Shown here one piece after another: positions 47,872 through 57,967 of a stretch of DNA of 64,000 nucleotides. The notes beneath the pieces were generated by a model that was not told the DNA's origin, did not search any database, and saw nothing but the letters and a program-made list of their open reading frames with translations. Source of the stretch: a virus; IMG/VR virus record IMGVR_UViG_3300025151_000017, positions 32,001 to 96,000 of that record, one strand, 5' to 3'. The translations under genes and the position numbers were made by a program. Each line of letters starts with the position of its first letter. The stretch's first letter is position 1.

Positions 47872-48879
47872 ATGATTTATGTGGATGCTAAATTTGCTAG
47901 TATGCTCGCACCTCGTGTGAGAAACTTTAAACAACAGAAAGATTATCTGTGGAATTTCAGTTGCCCACTCTGTGGCGACTCCAAAAAGAATCAATCAAAA
48001 GCCAGAGGATATATTTATCGTAAAGAGAGTTCTCTCTTCTACAAGTGCCACAACTGTCAAGCTGGTACAAGTCTCGGCAATCTACTAAAACAAGTTGACC
48101 AACGCATGTATAATGAGTACTCGCTAGAAAAGTTTGGCAGTACTAATAATAAGCATGTGAATGACAAACCAGATCTAGAAATCTTCAAGACTGATACTAT
48201 ACCTGTGAAAAAATTAAATGCAAACCCAGTATCAGAACTTGCAGATAACCACCCAATAAAGCAGTTCTTGTTGCTTCGCCACATAAATCAAGAGCTTCAT
48301 GAACATTTTTATTGGGTGGCACAGTTTAAACATTGGGTGAATGAAAATATTGCAATGAACTTTCATAATATCAAAAAGGATGAGCCAAGACTTGTCATAC
48401 CTTTTTATAATGAAGAGAAAGAATTAATTGCTATACAAGGTAGAGCATTCGGAAATGAAACACCTAAGTATTATACACTGAAAACAAATGAGAAGAACCA
48501 TAAAGTATATGGTCTTGACCGAGTTGATGGTAGAAAATGGGTTTATGTGACAGAAGGTCCAATAGATTCTTTGTTCTTAGATAATGCTATCGCAGTTGCT
48601 GGTGCTGAGTTTCATTTACCACAAGTCAGACAGTTTAAAGATAACTGTACTATCGTGTTTGATAACGAGCCAAGAAACCCTGCTCTCGTAAAACAGGTTG
48701 AGAAAATGATTAAACATGGTTTTCATGTTTGTTTATGGAATGATAGTATAAAAGAAAAAGATATTAATGATATGATAATCGCTGGTAAAACTCCCCTGAC
48801 AATACAAACATTAATAAGTCATAACACTGTACAGGGTGTAGATGCCGAACTTAAATTTAATACATGGAGAAAATGCTAA
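47872..48879 (+). CDS. gp61: DNA primase gp61
   Basis: CPLCGDS..KARG, CHNC, EGPIDS, DNEPRN, KDINDM. Confidence 0.95.
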   Translation: MIYVDAKFASMLAPRVRNFKQQKDYLWNFSCPLCGDSKKNQSKARGYIYRKESSLFYKCHNCQAGTSLGNLLKQVDQRMYNEYSLEKFGSTNNKHVNDKPDLEIFKTDTIPVKKLNANPVSELADNHPIKQFLLLRHINQELHEHFYWVAQFKHWVNENIAMNFHNIKKDEPRLVIPFYNEEKELIAIQGRAFGNETPKYYTLKTNEKNHKVYGLDRVDGRKWVYVTEGPIDSLFLDNAIAVAGAEFHLPQVRQFKDNCTIVFDNEPRNPALVKQVEKMIKHGFHVCLWNDSIKEKDINDMIIAGKTPLTIQTLISHNTVQGVDAELKFNTWRKC

Positions 48880-49403
48880 TGAGTGATGTACCAAAACTAG
48901 ATCTTAGTGATGTGCCTTTTGATAGAGCCGACTTACTAAAAGACTATGTACATAATGTAGAGATTACTGAAGAACTAGTTAGAAACTTCTGTAAAATTAT
49001 TCAAGACGATAACCCATTACACTTCGGAGATGAAGAAGGTAATGTAATGCCAGGAGCATTGATGATATCATTGCTCTATTCTAATCCTGTTCCTGGATTT
49101 TTTATTAGAAATTTTAAAATTAATTTCTTAGCACCAATACACTTTCCTACAACAGTAAGAGTATATCGTAAAGTATGGAAAGCTACTGACCGAAAAGCAG
49201 GTGAACTCGGAGATGGTATCTTCGCTATCAAAGATCTAAGCGATGGTATTATAAAAGCCAAAGGCAGTGGGCAAGTATTTAGACCGACCAAAAGATTAAT
49301 GGAAACATTTGAACAAGGTGTTGACAGAAACTTTTTTAAACAAAGCGACCCAAACTTTGAAAGGAAGCACTGGGTCAATCCCGAAGGGAAGGAGATAAAA
49401 TGA
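48879..49403 (+). CDS. MaoC-like hotdog-fold dehydratase
   Basis: F....QDDNPLH, MPGAL, FLAPI. Confidence 0.7.
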   Translation: MSDVPKLDLSDVPFDRADLLKDYVHNVEITEELVRNFCKIIQDDNPLHFGDEEGNVMPGALMISLLYSNPVPGFFIRNFKINFLAPIHFPTTVRVYRKVWKATDRKAGELGDGIFAIKDLSDGIIKAKGSGQVFRPTKRLMETFEQGVDRNFFKQSDPNFERKHWVNPEGKEIK

Positions 49404-49849
49404 GTGATGATATAAAAGAAGGCATGGAAAATGATGAAGAGCCAAAGATCGTAGATCTGAATGAGTATGCTGCCAAGAAATGGGATGAAGCAAGAGAAGA
49501 AGATCTGCGTAAGATGCAAGAGTATGAACAGAATTATATTCTTACTCCTTTATGGGAAGCACTAACAAACATTAAATCATCTCGTCAGGCAATCAATGCT
49601 GCGATGGGTATGCTAATTACTGCGAAAGATATTCTTGTACTCGAACTAGGTAAAGAAGATGCAAGGCGAACAGTCGGCTCAATGAACTATGATGTTATTG
49701 ACTTAGTAAGTATTGAAAAGAGGGATGGTAATGCTCAAGGCACTGGATATGATTTACAGCCAGTCGATGAGTCCTATCCAGCACCAGATAATGATAATGT
49801 GACACCACTAAAGTCAGTAGAGGATGATGATGAAAAAGACAAGGATTGA
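49400..49849 (+). CDS. hypothetical protein
   Basis: AAGGAG RBS, coupled. Confidence 0.6.
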   Translation: MSDDIKEGMENDEEPKIVDLNEYAAKKWDEAREEDLRKMQEYEQNYILTPLWEALTNIKSSRQAINAAMGMLITAKDILVLELGKEDARRTVGSMNYDVIDLVSIEKRDGNAQGTGYDLQPVDESYPAPDNDNVTPLKSVEDDDEKDKD

Positions 49850-50186
49850 GGAAATATGGGACGAACAGGAGTCCTTTGAACCGAAGAAGCCACATAGGTG
49901 TATCACTAACTTTATAAATGGTGAGTGGATAGATCGTGTATATGGAGATCTCGGTAAGAAGAGACTCTTACAGGGTGAGTTCGGGAAAGAATATAAAGGT
50001 AAACTTGAGGAAAAGAAATATCGCAGATACAAAACAGACTTTTTAGGAAAAGCTGTAAGTGTTTATTACCAAAGATATACCCATACTGCTGATGGTAGAT
50101 GGTTTGATAATAGTGGTATGCCTTGTGCAAAACCACATCACGACCCAAAACCAAAGAATGCTGATGACTTGGAGGATGATGAGTAG
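49824..50186 (+). CDS. hypothetical protein
   Basis: Coupled ORF. Confidence 0.55.
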   Translation: MMMKKTRIEEIWDEQESFEPKKPHRCITNFINGEWIDRVYGDLGKKRLLQGEFGKEYKGKLEEKKYRRYKTDFLGKAVSVYYQRYTHTADGRWFDNSGMPCAKPHHDPKPKNADDLEDDE

Positions 50187-50740
50187 TGGTAGAAGAACGA
50201 CTCAGAAAAATAGATGGTAAATCTTTATGGTATTTTGACGATATCTTTAGTTTCGAAGAACGAGAAAGACTATATAGTTATTGCTTAAACAAAAAGTATT
50301 CGCTCTCTGGCTCAGATGTACAAAGACTAGAGACTAAAGGCGATTATAATTTGTATTGTAATCTCTCTCCCACTGATGTGGATGATATGGGGATAGAGAA
50401 ATTAGAAAACTATTCCCACATCAAACATCACCTAGATGACTATACTATAACTCAGGCAAGAATTAATCTGAGCACAATCCAGGATAAAAATCGTTTTCAT
50501 TGCGATACTGGAGCCGAGCATAATTTAACAATGCTATATTATCCCAACATGGAATGGGAAAAGTCTTGGGGTGGTCAAACACTTTTTACAAACTTAACCA
50601 ACGATACTCTCGAATGGGTGTCGTTCTACATTCCAGGGAGGATAATTTTATTCGATGGCTCAATACCCCACTCAATCAACCCACCAACAATCCACAGCCC
50701 AACGCACAGATTTTCAGTCGTCATTCAATATGGAAAGTAA
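50186..50740 (+). CDS. 2OG-Fe(II) oxygenase (prolyl-hydroxylase-like)
   Basis: HCD, W...WGGQT, PGRIILFDG..PH, R. Confidence 0.85.
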   Translation: MVEERLRKIDGKSLWYFDDIFSFEERERLYSYCLNKKYSLSGSDVQRLETKGDYNLYCNLSPTDVDDMGIEKLENYSHIKHHLDDYTITQARINLSTIQDKNRFHCDTGAEHNLTMLYYPNMEWEKSWGGQTLFTNLTNDTLEWVSFYIPGRIILFDGSIPHSINPPTIHSPTHRFSVVIQYGK

Positions 50741-52547
50741 AGTGGAAGATAAACTAATTTCAGAGATACATGGTATCACGATAGACTATACTAGAGATTC
50801 GCTACTTGACGATGCTGGTAAAATACGATTAAAAGAATCGTATATGAAAGATGATGAAACTTCTCCGCAAGAGAGGTTTGCTTTTGTATCTAAAACTTTT
50901 TCATCAAATCCTGAGCATGCTCAAAGATTGTATGATTACTCATCACAACATTGGCTGAGTTATGCTACACCTATTTTATCTTTCGGTAGAAGCCGAAGAG
51001 GGTTGCCTATTAGTTGCTTCTTAAATTATATAGAAGATACTTCTGAAGGATTAGTACAAAACCTATCAGAAACTAATTGGTTATCTATGTCAGGTGGAGG
51101 AGTTGGTATTGGGTTTGGTATTCGTAGTGCCGATGATAAATCTACAGGTGTTATGCCACATATGAAAATGTATGACGCATCTTCATTAGCATATCGTCAA
51201 GGTCGTACAAGACGAGGTAGTTATGCTGCATACTTAAATATAGACCATCCTGATATTAAAGAATTTATTGAAATGAGAAAGCCGACAGGCGATCCTAACA
51301 TGAGAGCATTAAACATGCATCATGGTATTAATATCCCACACAGCTTTATGCAGATTATTGAAAACTGTATGAAGAATGAAAACTGTGATGACAAGTGGGC
51401 ACTCAAGGATCCACATAATGGAAAAGTAAAAGAGTATGTATCGGCAAGAGAACTTTGGCAAAGTATTTTAGAAACTCGTATGATGACAGGTGAGCCATAT
51501 CTTCACTTTATTGATACAAGTAATGAACAGTTGCCAGAGTTTTTAAAAGAAAAGGGACTACAAATTAATCAAAGTAATTTATGTTCAGAGATTATACTTC
51601 CTACAAATGAAGAACGAACTGCTGTATGTTGTTTATCATCTTTGAACCTAGAACATTTTGACGAGTGGTCAAAGAATAAAACATTCCTGAGAGATGTTGC
51701 TGAAATGCTAGATAATGTTCTACAGTATTTTATTGATAATGCTAGACCAGAGTTGGCAAGAGCAGTGTATTCTGCCAAGCAAGAAAGATCTATTGGGATC
51801 GGTGCTTTAGGTTTTCATGCTTATTTACAAAAGCATGGTATTCCTTTTGAAAGTGCCATAGCTGGAAATAGAAATGAAAAGATATTTAAACACATTAGAA
51901 CTGGACTCGATAAAGCAAACAATGAGTTGGGCACTGAGCGAGGGGAAGCACCTGATGCTGTTGGTACTAATAGGAGGTTCAGCCATATGCTTGCTATTGC
52001 TCCTAATGCTTCTAGTAGCATTATCATGGGTAATACTTCTCCTTCTGTGGAGCCTTTTCGAGCTAACGCATATCGTCAAGACACACTTAGTGGATCCCAT
52101 ACTAATAAAAATAAGTTCCTTCAAAAACTTCTTGAGAAGAAAGCTAAAGAACACAAACTAAATTTAGATGAGGAATGGTCAAGTATTATTGCAAATGATG
52201 GTTCAGTACAACACCTAAAATACTTGAGCGACTTAGAAAAAGATGTATATAAAACATCTATGGAGATTAACCAACAATGGATTATCAATCATGCTTCTGA
52301 ACGACAAAAGTATATTGACCAAGCACAGTCAATTAATTTATTCTTTAGACCTGACGCAGATATTAAGTATCTTCATGCTGTTCACTTCTTGGCATGGAAA
52401 ACTGGTCTAAAAACATTATATTACTGTAGAAGTGAAAAGATCGGTAAAGCCGATAAAATTAGTAAACGAATACAAAGGGAGATTATTAAAGAGTTAGACA
52501 TATCAGCGATAGCTGATGGTGATGTCTGTCTCGCTTGTGAAGGATAA
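50730..52547 (+). CDS. nrdA: class Ia ribonucleotide reductase alpha subunit (short, no ATP cone)
   Basis: ISCF, QSNLCSEI, VCCL, APNASSS, TLYY, CLACEG. Confidence 0.95.
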   Translation: MESKVEDKLISEIHGITIDYTRDSLLDDAGKIRLKESYMKDDETSPQERFAFVSKTFSSNPEHAQRLYDYSSQHWLSYATPILSFGRSRRGLPISCFLNYIEDTSEGLVQNLSETNWLSMSGGGVGIGFGIRSADDKSTGVMPHMKMYDASSLAYRQGRTRRGSYAAYLNIDHPDIKEFIEMRKPTGDPNMRALNMHHGINIPHSFMQIIENCMKNENCDDKWALKDPHNGKVKEYVSARELWQSILETRMMTGEPYLHFIDTSNEQLPEFLKEKGLQINQSNLCSEIILPTNEERTAVCCLSSLNLEHFDEWSKNKTFLRDVAEMLDNVLQYFIDNARPELARAVYSAKQERSIGIGALGFHAYLQKHGIPFESAIAGNRNEKIFKHIRTGLDKANNELGTERGEAPDAVGTNRRFSHMLAIAPNASSSIIMGNTSPSVEPFRANAYRQDTLSGSHTNKNKFLQKLLEKKAKEHKLNLDEEWSSIIANDGSVQHLKYLSDLEKDVYKTSMEINQQWIINHASERQKYIDQAQSINLFFRPDADIKYLHAVHFLAWKTGLKTLYYCRSEKIGKADKISKRIQREIIKELDISAIADGDVCLACEG

Positions 52548-52551
52548 AAAA

Positions 52552-53469
52552 ATGCCAGAATTGAAATTACCAGAACATCTGAGTTATGATAAAGAAACTA
52601 TAAAGAAGTTAAAAACTCAAAAGATATTTCGTTATGGGGATGTAGAAAGGTTTGACAGAGAGTTGGACTTTCTTATGTCGTTTAAAGATGACTTGATAAA
52701 AGATTTTCTAACAGAGTATAAAGATATTGAAGACTGTTTAGAAACAGGTACGACCTCTGCAATGGAAGCAATATATAGTCGTCTTAACAGAGCTGTGGTT
52801 GGTGGTGTCACCAAGATGGTTAGAGGAAAAGCAGGTGTCAGCGATGACTCTTTTTTAAAAGGACAGTCGACTAAAGGTAAATATAATAATGATGCTTGGC
52901 GAGTGTTAGTTATGAAATATCATAACCCAAATCTTGCTGGTGTTGCTGCTTCACATGAAATACAAAAAAGAGCACTAAGTATTAAACAAAAAAAAGATGG
53001 GTATAATCCTGAAGCATTCCCAACTATGCAAAAGATTGCTGCACATTATGGGGATTTATGTCCGATACTTGAATATAGTATCTTACCTGCTCAAAGTATT
53101 ATTGAAAGACACATAGGTATAGAAAATAAAGTAGGGGAAAACATTAGAATACACATTCCTCTTATAGTACCTGAAGGAGATTTATTTTTAGAAGCACAAG
53201 GTGAGGAAGTTGATTGGCAAAACCCATGGGGATTTAATAATCAGTATATGCACAGTGCCCATAATAATACTGATGAGCATAGATTAATTATGCTGATTGA
53301 TTTAAAAAGAACTTATGTTGGTATTCCACCAGCAAAGCACTTTAAGGATATGACTCTCGAAGAGATTGGAGATGTTCATTTTAGATATGGTAGAGATAAT
53401 AAAAGAGAGCAACCTAAAATCTCGTCATCTCTATCTAACAAATTTAGGAAACCAGAGGATTATATATAA
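52552..53469 (+). CDS. Asp/Asn beta-hydroxylase-like oxygenase
   Basis: SIIERH, IRIHIPLIVP, FNN..MHSAHN..HRLIMLID. Confidence 0.75.
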   Translation: MPELKLPEHLSYDKETIKKLKTQKIFRYGDVERFDRELDFLMSFKDDLIKDFLTEYKDIEDCLETGTTSAMEAIYSRLNRAVVGGVTKMVRGKAGVSDDSFLKGQSTKGKYNNDAWRVLVMKYHNPNLAGVAASHEIQKRALSIKQKKDGYNPEAFPTMQKIAAHYGDLCPILEYSILPAQSIIERHIGIENKVGENIRIHIPLIVPEGDLFLEAQGEEVDWQNPWGFNNQYMHSAHNNTDEHRLIMLIDLKRTYVGIPPAKHFKDMTLEEIGDVHFRYGRDNKREQPKISSSLSNKFRKPEDYI

Positions 53470-53684
53470 TGCCTGTAAAATATAAAGCAGACGAAATTCA
53501 AATTAAAAGAGGTCGTGATGGTACTCAAACTAAAACGATTAAAAGATTTTACATGAAGAATGTATCTACTGAGTTTTTGATTGAACTTCTTAATGATGAA
53601 AAAACTAAACCAAAACTTAAAAGTAAAATTAGAAACTTTCTTTACCTTGCTAGAGGTGTTAAACTAGAGAAGAAGGTATCATGA
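53469..53684 (+). CDS. hypothetical basic protein
   Basis: Coupled ORF. Confidence 0.55.
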   Translation: MPVKYKADEIQIKRGRDGTQTKTIKRFYMKNVSTEFLIELLNDEKTKPKLKSKIRNFLYLARGVKLEKKVS

Positions 53685-54085
53685 CTTGGCTTCGCAATAC
53701 TGCCTATGTTCTGATAGCAGTTGTTGCTTTATCAGGATGTGCTAGTTTAAAAGGGTTAATCCCATCTGGCTGGGACAGTAATGAAATGTTATGGATTGCA
53801 GAGATGCAATATGACATTCGTAATATCGAATGCGAAGGCGATAATAAACTCGCTAGTGTAGAAAAGGTATGGCGAACCAAAGAGATTTTATGGTGGTATG
53901 CTCAAGCAAACCGACATGCTGATGTTGTTGAGTTAATACGACCATTTAGTGAAAGTATGGAAGGTATATATAGATCTGCAAAGGCAGATAGATTGCGCAA
54001 ACCATACTGTGTAAATAAGGTTATCATATTGACCATACAGGTTGATGAGATAGCAGAAGCATTAGCATCTAGGAGGAAAAGATGA
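53681..54085 (+). CDS. lipoprotein
   Basis: LSGC lipobox. Confidence 0.7.
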   Translation: MTWLRNTAYVLIAVVALSGCASLKGLIPSGWDSNEMLWIAEMQYDIRNIECEGDNKLASVEKVWRTKEILWWYAQANRHADVVELIRPFSESMEGIYRSAKADRLRKPYCVNKVIILTIQVDEIAEALASRRKR

Positions 54086-54336
54086 TATTAACAATTATGG
54101 GTAAAAATAATTGCCCTTACTGCGATTTGGCGAAGAGACATCTAGATGAACATAACATTCCATATGAGTATATCAAAGTTGATGAAGATATGGAAGCATA
54201 TGAAAAATTTAGAGAGCTCGGTGTTCGCTCAGTCCCACAAATTATGCAAGAAGGTAAGATCGTTATAGAAGGTGGTTGGGAAGGACTAAAGAAGACACCA
54301 ATCAATCACTTACAACAAATGGTCGGAGGAGAATAA
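54082..54336 (+). CDS. nrdC: glutaredoxin
   Basis: CPYC, SVPQI, GG. Confidence 0.9.
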   Translation: MILTIMGKNNCPYCDLAKRHLDEHNIPYEYIKVDEDMEAYEKFRELGVRSVPQIMQEGKIVIEGGWEGLKKTPINHLQQMVGGE

Positions 54337-54563
54337 TGACAGATGCATTTAAAGATCTTCGTAATGAAGAATGGGCAAACAAAAAGATTGAACTTGCCGA
54401 TAAATTTAATAAACAGTTAGAATCTGGTGAACTCAACGAGTGGGAATATAAAGACTTGATGCAAGATCTTACTCGTACTGATGAAATAATGGACAAAGCA
54501 AACGCAATGAAAATGAAAGCAGCAGTAGAGAAAGCAATTTCATTGGCATTGAAGTTTGTATAA
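54336..54563 (+). CDS. hypothetical protein
   Basis: GGAGGAG RBS, TAATG coupling. Confidence 0.55.
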   Translation: MTDAFKDLRNEEWANKKIELADKFNKQLESGELNEWEYKDLMQDLTRTDEIMDKANAMKMKAAVEKAISLALKFV

Positions 54564-55242
54564 GTTTCTATTTAAAGACTCAGCAGAGGTATTTAACCCA
54601 ATCGCTCGTCAGAAGATAGCTGAAAAAATCTATTTTCATCAGAAGCATTGGAAACCTCTGACTGAATACTTTGGCAATACTCTATTCGCACAGCCAGGGA
54701 TGGAACATATGTATCTATTCGGCGATGGATTATATGTATTGCAAGATAGAAATGATATAAACCAAGAAGTACAGGAGATATTAGATACTGAATTTTCAGA
54801 ACTTATATATACTCCTGTCCTTGAAACTATCAAGGAAATGTTTGGTATTGGTGTAAACGAAGTAAGCTATTATGAAGACTTACCTCTGCCTGGATTTCAT
54901 ATCTATAGAGGATCTCTAAGAGGTAATGATATAGGACTTACTACAACTAGACCATATCATACAGATGACAATCTAAGATTTTATAAACCTGAAGCAGACA
55001 GAAATAATATATATTCGTTTGCTATACCAATCATCTTGCCAGAATGTGGGGCATGTTTAGATTGGTTAGGGGATGCTCCTGATTACTTTAGTCATAACTA
55101 TGAACTCGGTGTAATGTCTATGTGGCATGGGATGGTAAAGCATCGTCTCGGTGCAAAACCTCCAGCTGAAGGAGATAGGATTACCTTACAAGGTCATGTA
55201 TATGTAAATGCTAATGATGGAATTTTAAAAGTATATTTCTAG
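54556..55242 (+). CDS. 2OG-Fe(II) oxygenase-like protein
   Basis: PGFHI, YHTD, H...RITLQGH. Confidence 0.6.
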   Translation: MYKFLFKDSAEVFNPIARQKIAEKIYFHQKHWKPLTEYFGNTLFAQPGMEHMYLFGDGLYVLQDRNDINQEVQEILDTEFSELIYTPVLETIKEMFGIGVNEVSYYEDLPLPGFHIYRGSLRGNDIGLTTTRPYHTDDNLRFYKPEADRNNIYSFAIPIILPECGACLDWLGDAPDYFSHNYELGVMSMWHGMVKHRLGAKPPAEGDRITLQGHVYVNANDGILKVYF

Positions 55243-55253
55243 GAGGAAATAAA

Positions 55254-55379
55254 ATGGATCTAAGTTTTTTAAACGCAGAACTACTTAATAATGTAAGCTG
55301 GGAAGATGGTTTAATTTATATTGGACTCGGACTGGCTGTTTACGCAATAATCAGATTAATTAACAAATACACACGATAG
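55254..55379 (+). CDS. 41-aa membrane peptide
   Basis: AGGAGG RBS; one TM helix. Confidence 0.5.
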   Translation: MDLSFLNAELLNNVSWEDGLIYIGLGLAVYAIIRLINKYTR

Positions 55380-55388
55380 GAAATAACG

Positions 55389-56381
55389 ATGGCAAAGAAG
55401 CAACTTAAACTAACTGACGAAAGAACTTTCTTCAAACCTTTTAACTACCCATGGGCATATGAAGCATGGTTGAAACATGAACAATCACATTGGCTTCATA
55501 CTGAAGTGCCTATGATTGAAGATGTTAAAGATTGGAAAACAAAGATTACTGCTGAGCAGAAATACTTTTTAACTAATATCTTTAGATTCTTTACTCAGGG
55601 AGACATCGATGTTGCTGGTGGTTATGTAAATAACTACTTGCCATATTTTCCACAACCTGAAATTAGAATGATGTTAAGTGGGTTTGCAGCAAGGGAAGCA
55701 TTACACATTGCTGCATACTCACACTTGATTGAAACTTTGGGCATGCCTGAAAATACATATCAAGAGTTTGCTGAATATCAAGAGATGTCAGACAAACACG
55801 AATACTTTATAAAGCTATCAGAATCTAATGGAAACAAAAGATCGGTAGCTACAAACATTGCTGCATTCTCAGCTTTCACTGAGGGTATGCAGTTGTTCTC
55901 ATCTTTCATCATGCTCTTGAACTTCCCAAGACATGGTCTTATGAAAGGTATGGGTCAAATCGTGACTTGGTCAATCGTTGATGAAACTCAACATGCTGAG
56001 AATATGATTAAACTTTTTAGAACTTATGTTGAAGAAAACCAGTCTATCTGGAATGATAAAACCAAATCTGAGATTTATACTATCGCTACTAAGATGACTG
56101 AACTAGAAGATAAATTTATTGACTTATCATTCGCTATGGGTGAGATGCCTGACCTTACAGCTGAAGATGTTAAAAAATATATTAGATATATCTGCGATCG
56201 TAGATTGATTAGTCTAGGATTGAAAGGTATCTGGAAAGTAAAAACTAATCCACTCCCATGGGTTGAAGAGATGATTAATGCTCCGACTCACGGAAACTTC
56301 TTTGAAAATAGAGTCACTGATTATGCTAAAGGTGCAATCACTGGTGACTGGCAAGAAGTATGGGGTGTTGGTGCTGCCTAA
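55389..56381 (+). CDS. nrdB: ribonucleotide reductase beta subunit
   Basis: FFTQGD, EALHIAAY, EGMQLFSSF, DETQH, NFFE. Confidence 0.95.
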   Translation: MAKKQLKLTDERTFFKPFNYPWAYEAWLKHEQSHWLHTEVPMIEDVKDWKTKITAEQKYFLTNIFRFFTQGDIDVAGGYVNNYLPYFPQPEIRMMLSGFAAREALHIAAYSHLIETLGMPENTYQEFAEYQEMSDKHEYFIKLSESNGNKRSVATNIAAFSAFTEGMQLFSSFIMLLNFPRHGLMKGMGQIVTWSIVDETQHAENMIKLFRTYVEENQSIWNDKTKSEIYTIATKMTELEDKFIDLSFAMGEMPDLTAEDVKKYIRYICDRRLISLGLKGIWKVKTNPLPWVEEMINAPTHGNFFENRVTDYAKGAITGDWQEVWGVGAA

Positions 56382-56383
56382 AT

Positions 56384-56554
56384 ATGAATAAGAAATTTAA
56401 TTTTGAATGTGCTTCTTGTGGTGCTGAATACACCATCTCCTTTGAGGAAGATGAAGATAATTTCATGGGGCAAGATATAATCTGTTGCCCATTCTGTGGA
56501 GATGATTGTGAAAGACCTGAACAAGAGGAGGATTTAGATAAGGATCCAATATAA
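56384..56554 (+). CDS. small zinc-ribbon protein
   Basis: CASC...CPFCG, acidic tail. Confidence 0.65.
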   Translation: MNKKFNFECASCGAEYTISFEEDEDNFMGQDIICCPFCGDDCERPEQEEDLDKDPI

Positions 56555-57345
56555 TGAAAAAAATCGTTGTTCAAATAATATCTCTTGACATAGCTCCTGA
56601 CGAAGTTAGAGAGTACTGTGATGAGAGTTTAGAAGAGTTTGATGTTGATACTTACCATGTTATCAAAAAGTTTGGTCCTGCACTGGCTCAGATGGGTGTC
56701 CAACAAAACCATGAAAAGAAACTATTCTTAACCCAAACTGAGAATGATTTTTGTATTCCCCACCCTGTACATTCTACACCTCTTAGAGATTTCCATACAC
56801 TTGTAGATGCAGTAAATAAAGAAGATATAGATTTGGTTCTTTTAGCTGGTAAAGAATCCACATATGTAGATGATACTATGTATGAAACCAACGAAGGTTT
56901 GGCAAGGGCAGTCTTGGAAGAATACTGTGTAAACCACCCTGAGTCTGCAAGAATGTATAAGTATCCTGTTGAGTATATTCAAAATATCATGTTATCTTCT
57001 GCACCATACATAGCACAATATGTACCTTATGTTAATGAACAAGGTGCATTTAATAACATCATAGGATACTCTAGAAAGTTTGCCGAACTATTTGACTTTA
57101 GAGAAGATATAAATCCTAACGAAATTATAAACTGTCATGACGCACTTATGTGTGCTCATCGTAATAACTTAACTGTAAGATATCTAAAATCTCAAAACTT
57201 TAGAGAGAAGTATTACTCTATGTCAGACATGATTTATCCTAGTTTGTGGGAACAACAAAACGATGCATGGAGAGATAGCATGCGTAAAGCCATTCCTAAA
57301 TTTTCAAAAAATATCCTAAAACGCAAAATCACATTCCTAGAATAA
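56554..57345 (+). CDS. hypothetical protein, distant paralog of the 11534 GT-like protein
   Basis: Shared EQG..N..IG....F.EDI...L...YL segment. Confidence 0.5.
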   Translation: MKKIVVQIISLDIAPDEVREYCDESLEEFDVDTYHVIKKFGPALAQMGVQQNHEKKLFLTQTENDFCIPHPVHSTPLRDFHTLVDAVNKEDIDLVLLAGKESTYVDDTMYETNEGLARAVLEEYCVNHPESARMYKYPVEYIQNIMLSSAPYIAQYVPYVNEQGAFNNIIGYSRKFAELFDFREDINPNEIINCHDALMCAHRNNLTVRYLKSQNFREKYYSMSDMIYPSLWEQQNDAWRDSMRKAIPKFSKNILKRKITFLE

Positions 57346-57360
57346 CCTAAATATAATACA

Positions 57361-57780
57361 ATGACTTGGTTATACGAAGGGAAACCCTTCCATTCATGTG
57401 AAGGTTATTATGGTTTCATTTATGAGATCACCTGTAAAAAGACAGGTCGGTCTTACATTGGTCGCAAGTATTTTACAAAAGCGAAAACTCTACAGCCACT
57501 AAAAGGCAGAGTCAATAAACGACGAAGTAGAGTTGAGAGTGATTGGCAAAATTATTGGGGATCATCAACAATCCTAACTGAAGATGTACTACGACAAGGC
57601 GAGCAGAACTTTCGCAGAGAGATTCTTCGTCTTTGTAAAACTCGTGGGGAAGTAAATTACTGGGAAGTTAAAATAATGTTTGAAAAAGATGTGTTGAGTG
57701 CTAAACTTCCTAATGGTGATTACAGATATTATAACGAGAATATTATGATGAAATTTACTAGATCTAATATAGGAGGATAA
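57361..57780 (+). CDS. small GIY-YIG-like nuclease
   Basis: GFIYEIT..YIGRK, YWGSS, F.REIL, YYNENI; CTAAATA at 57347. Confidence 0.7.
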   Translation: MTWLYEGKPFHSCEGYYGFIYEITCKKTGRSYIGRKYFTKAKTLQPLKGRVNKRRSRVESDWQNYWGSSTILTEDVLRQGEQNFRREILRLCKTRGEVNYWEVKIMFEKDVLSAKLPNGDYRYYNENIMMKFTRSNIGG

Positions 57781-57783
57781 TAT

Positions 57784-57924
57784 ATGTGGAATCTAACAGA
57801 TATTAAAGAATGGATAGTCGATACTAAGGACACGATTGTGTTCGGTTATAAAAATATGGACTATAAGAAAAAAATTATGGCAGTTGTATTGATTGCAATT
57901 GGCATAGGGATTATATTATTATAA
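57784..57924 (+). CDS. 46-aa membrane peptide
   Basis: AGGAGG RBS; C-terminal TM helix. Confidence 0.5.
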   Translation: MWNLTDIKEWIVDTKDTIVFGYKNMDYKKKIMAVVLIAIGIGIILL

Positions 57925-57930
57925 TTCAAA

Positions 57931-57950
57931 GTGGGGACTTCGGTCCCCAC
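57931..57950 (+). other. C(UUCG)G tetraloop hairpin
   Basis: GTGGGGAC-TTCG-GTCCCCAC, no U tract, just before an RBS. Confidence 0.8.
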
Positions 57951-57967
57951 TACAAAGGAGGACAATT

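Noticed and set aside
19609-52547. Introns or inteins in gp43, gp41, uvsX or nrdA
   Set aside because: ORFs are continuous and of normal or short length, with no intein motifs.
57361-57780. Mobile homing endonuclease
   Set aside because: Only a short catalytic-type domain, with no DNA-binding extension and no interrupted gene.
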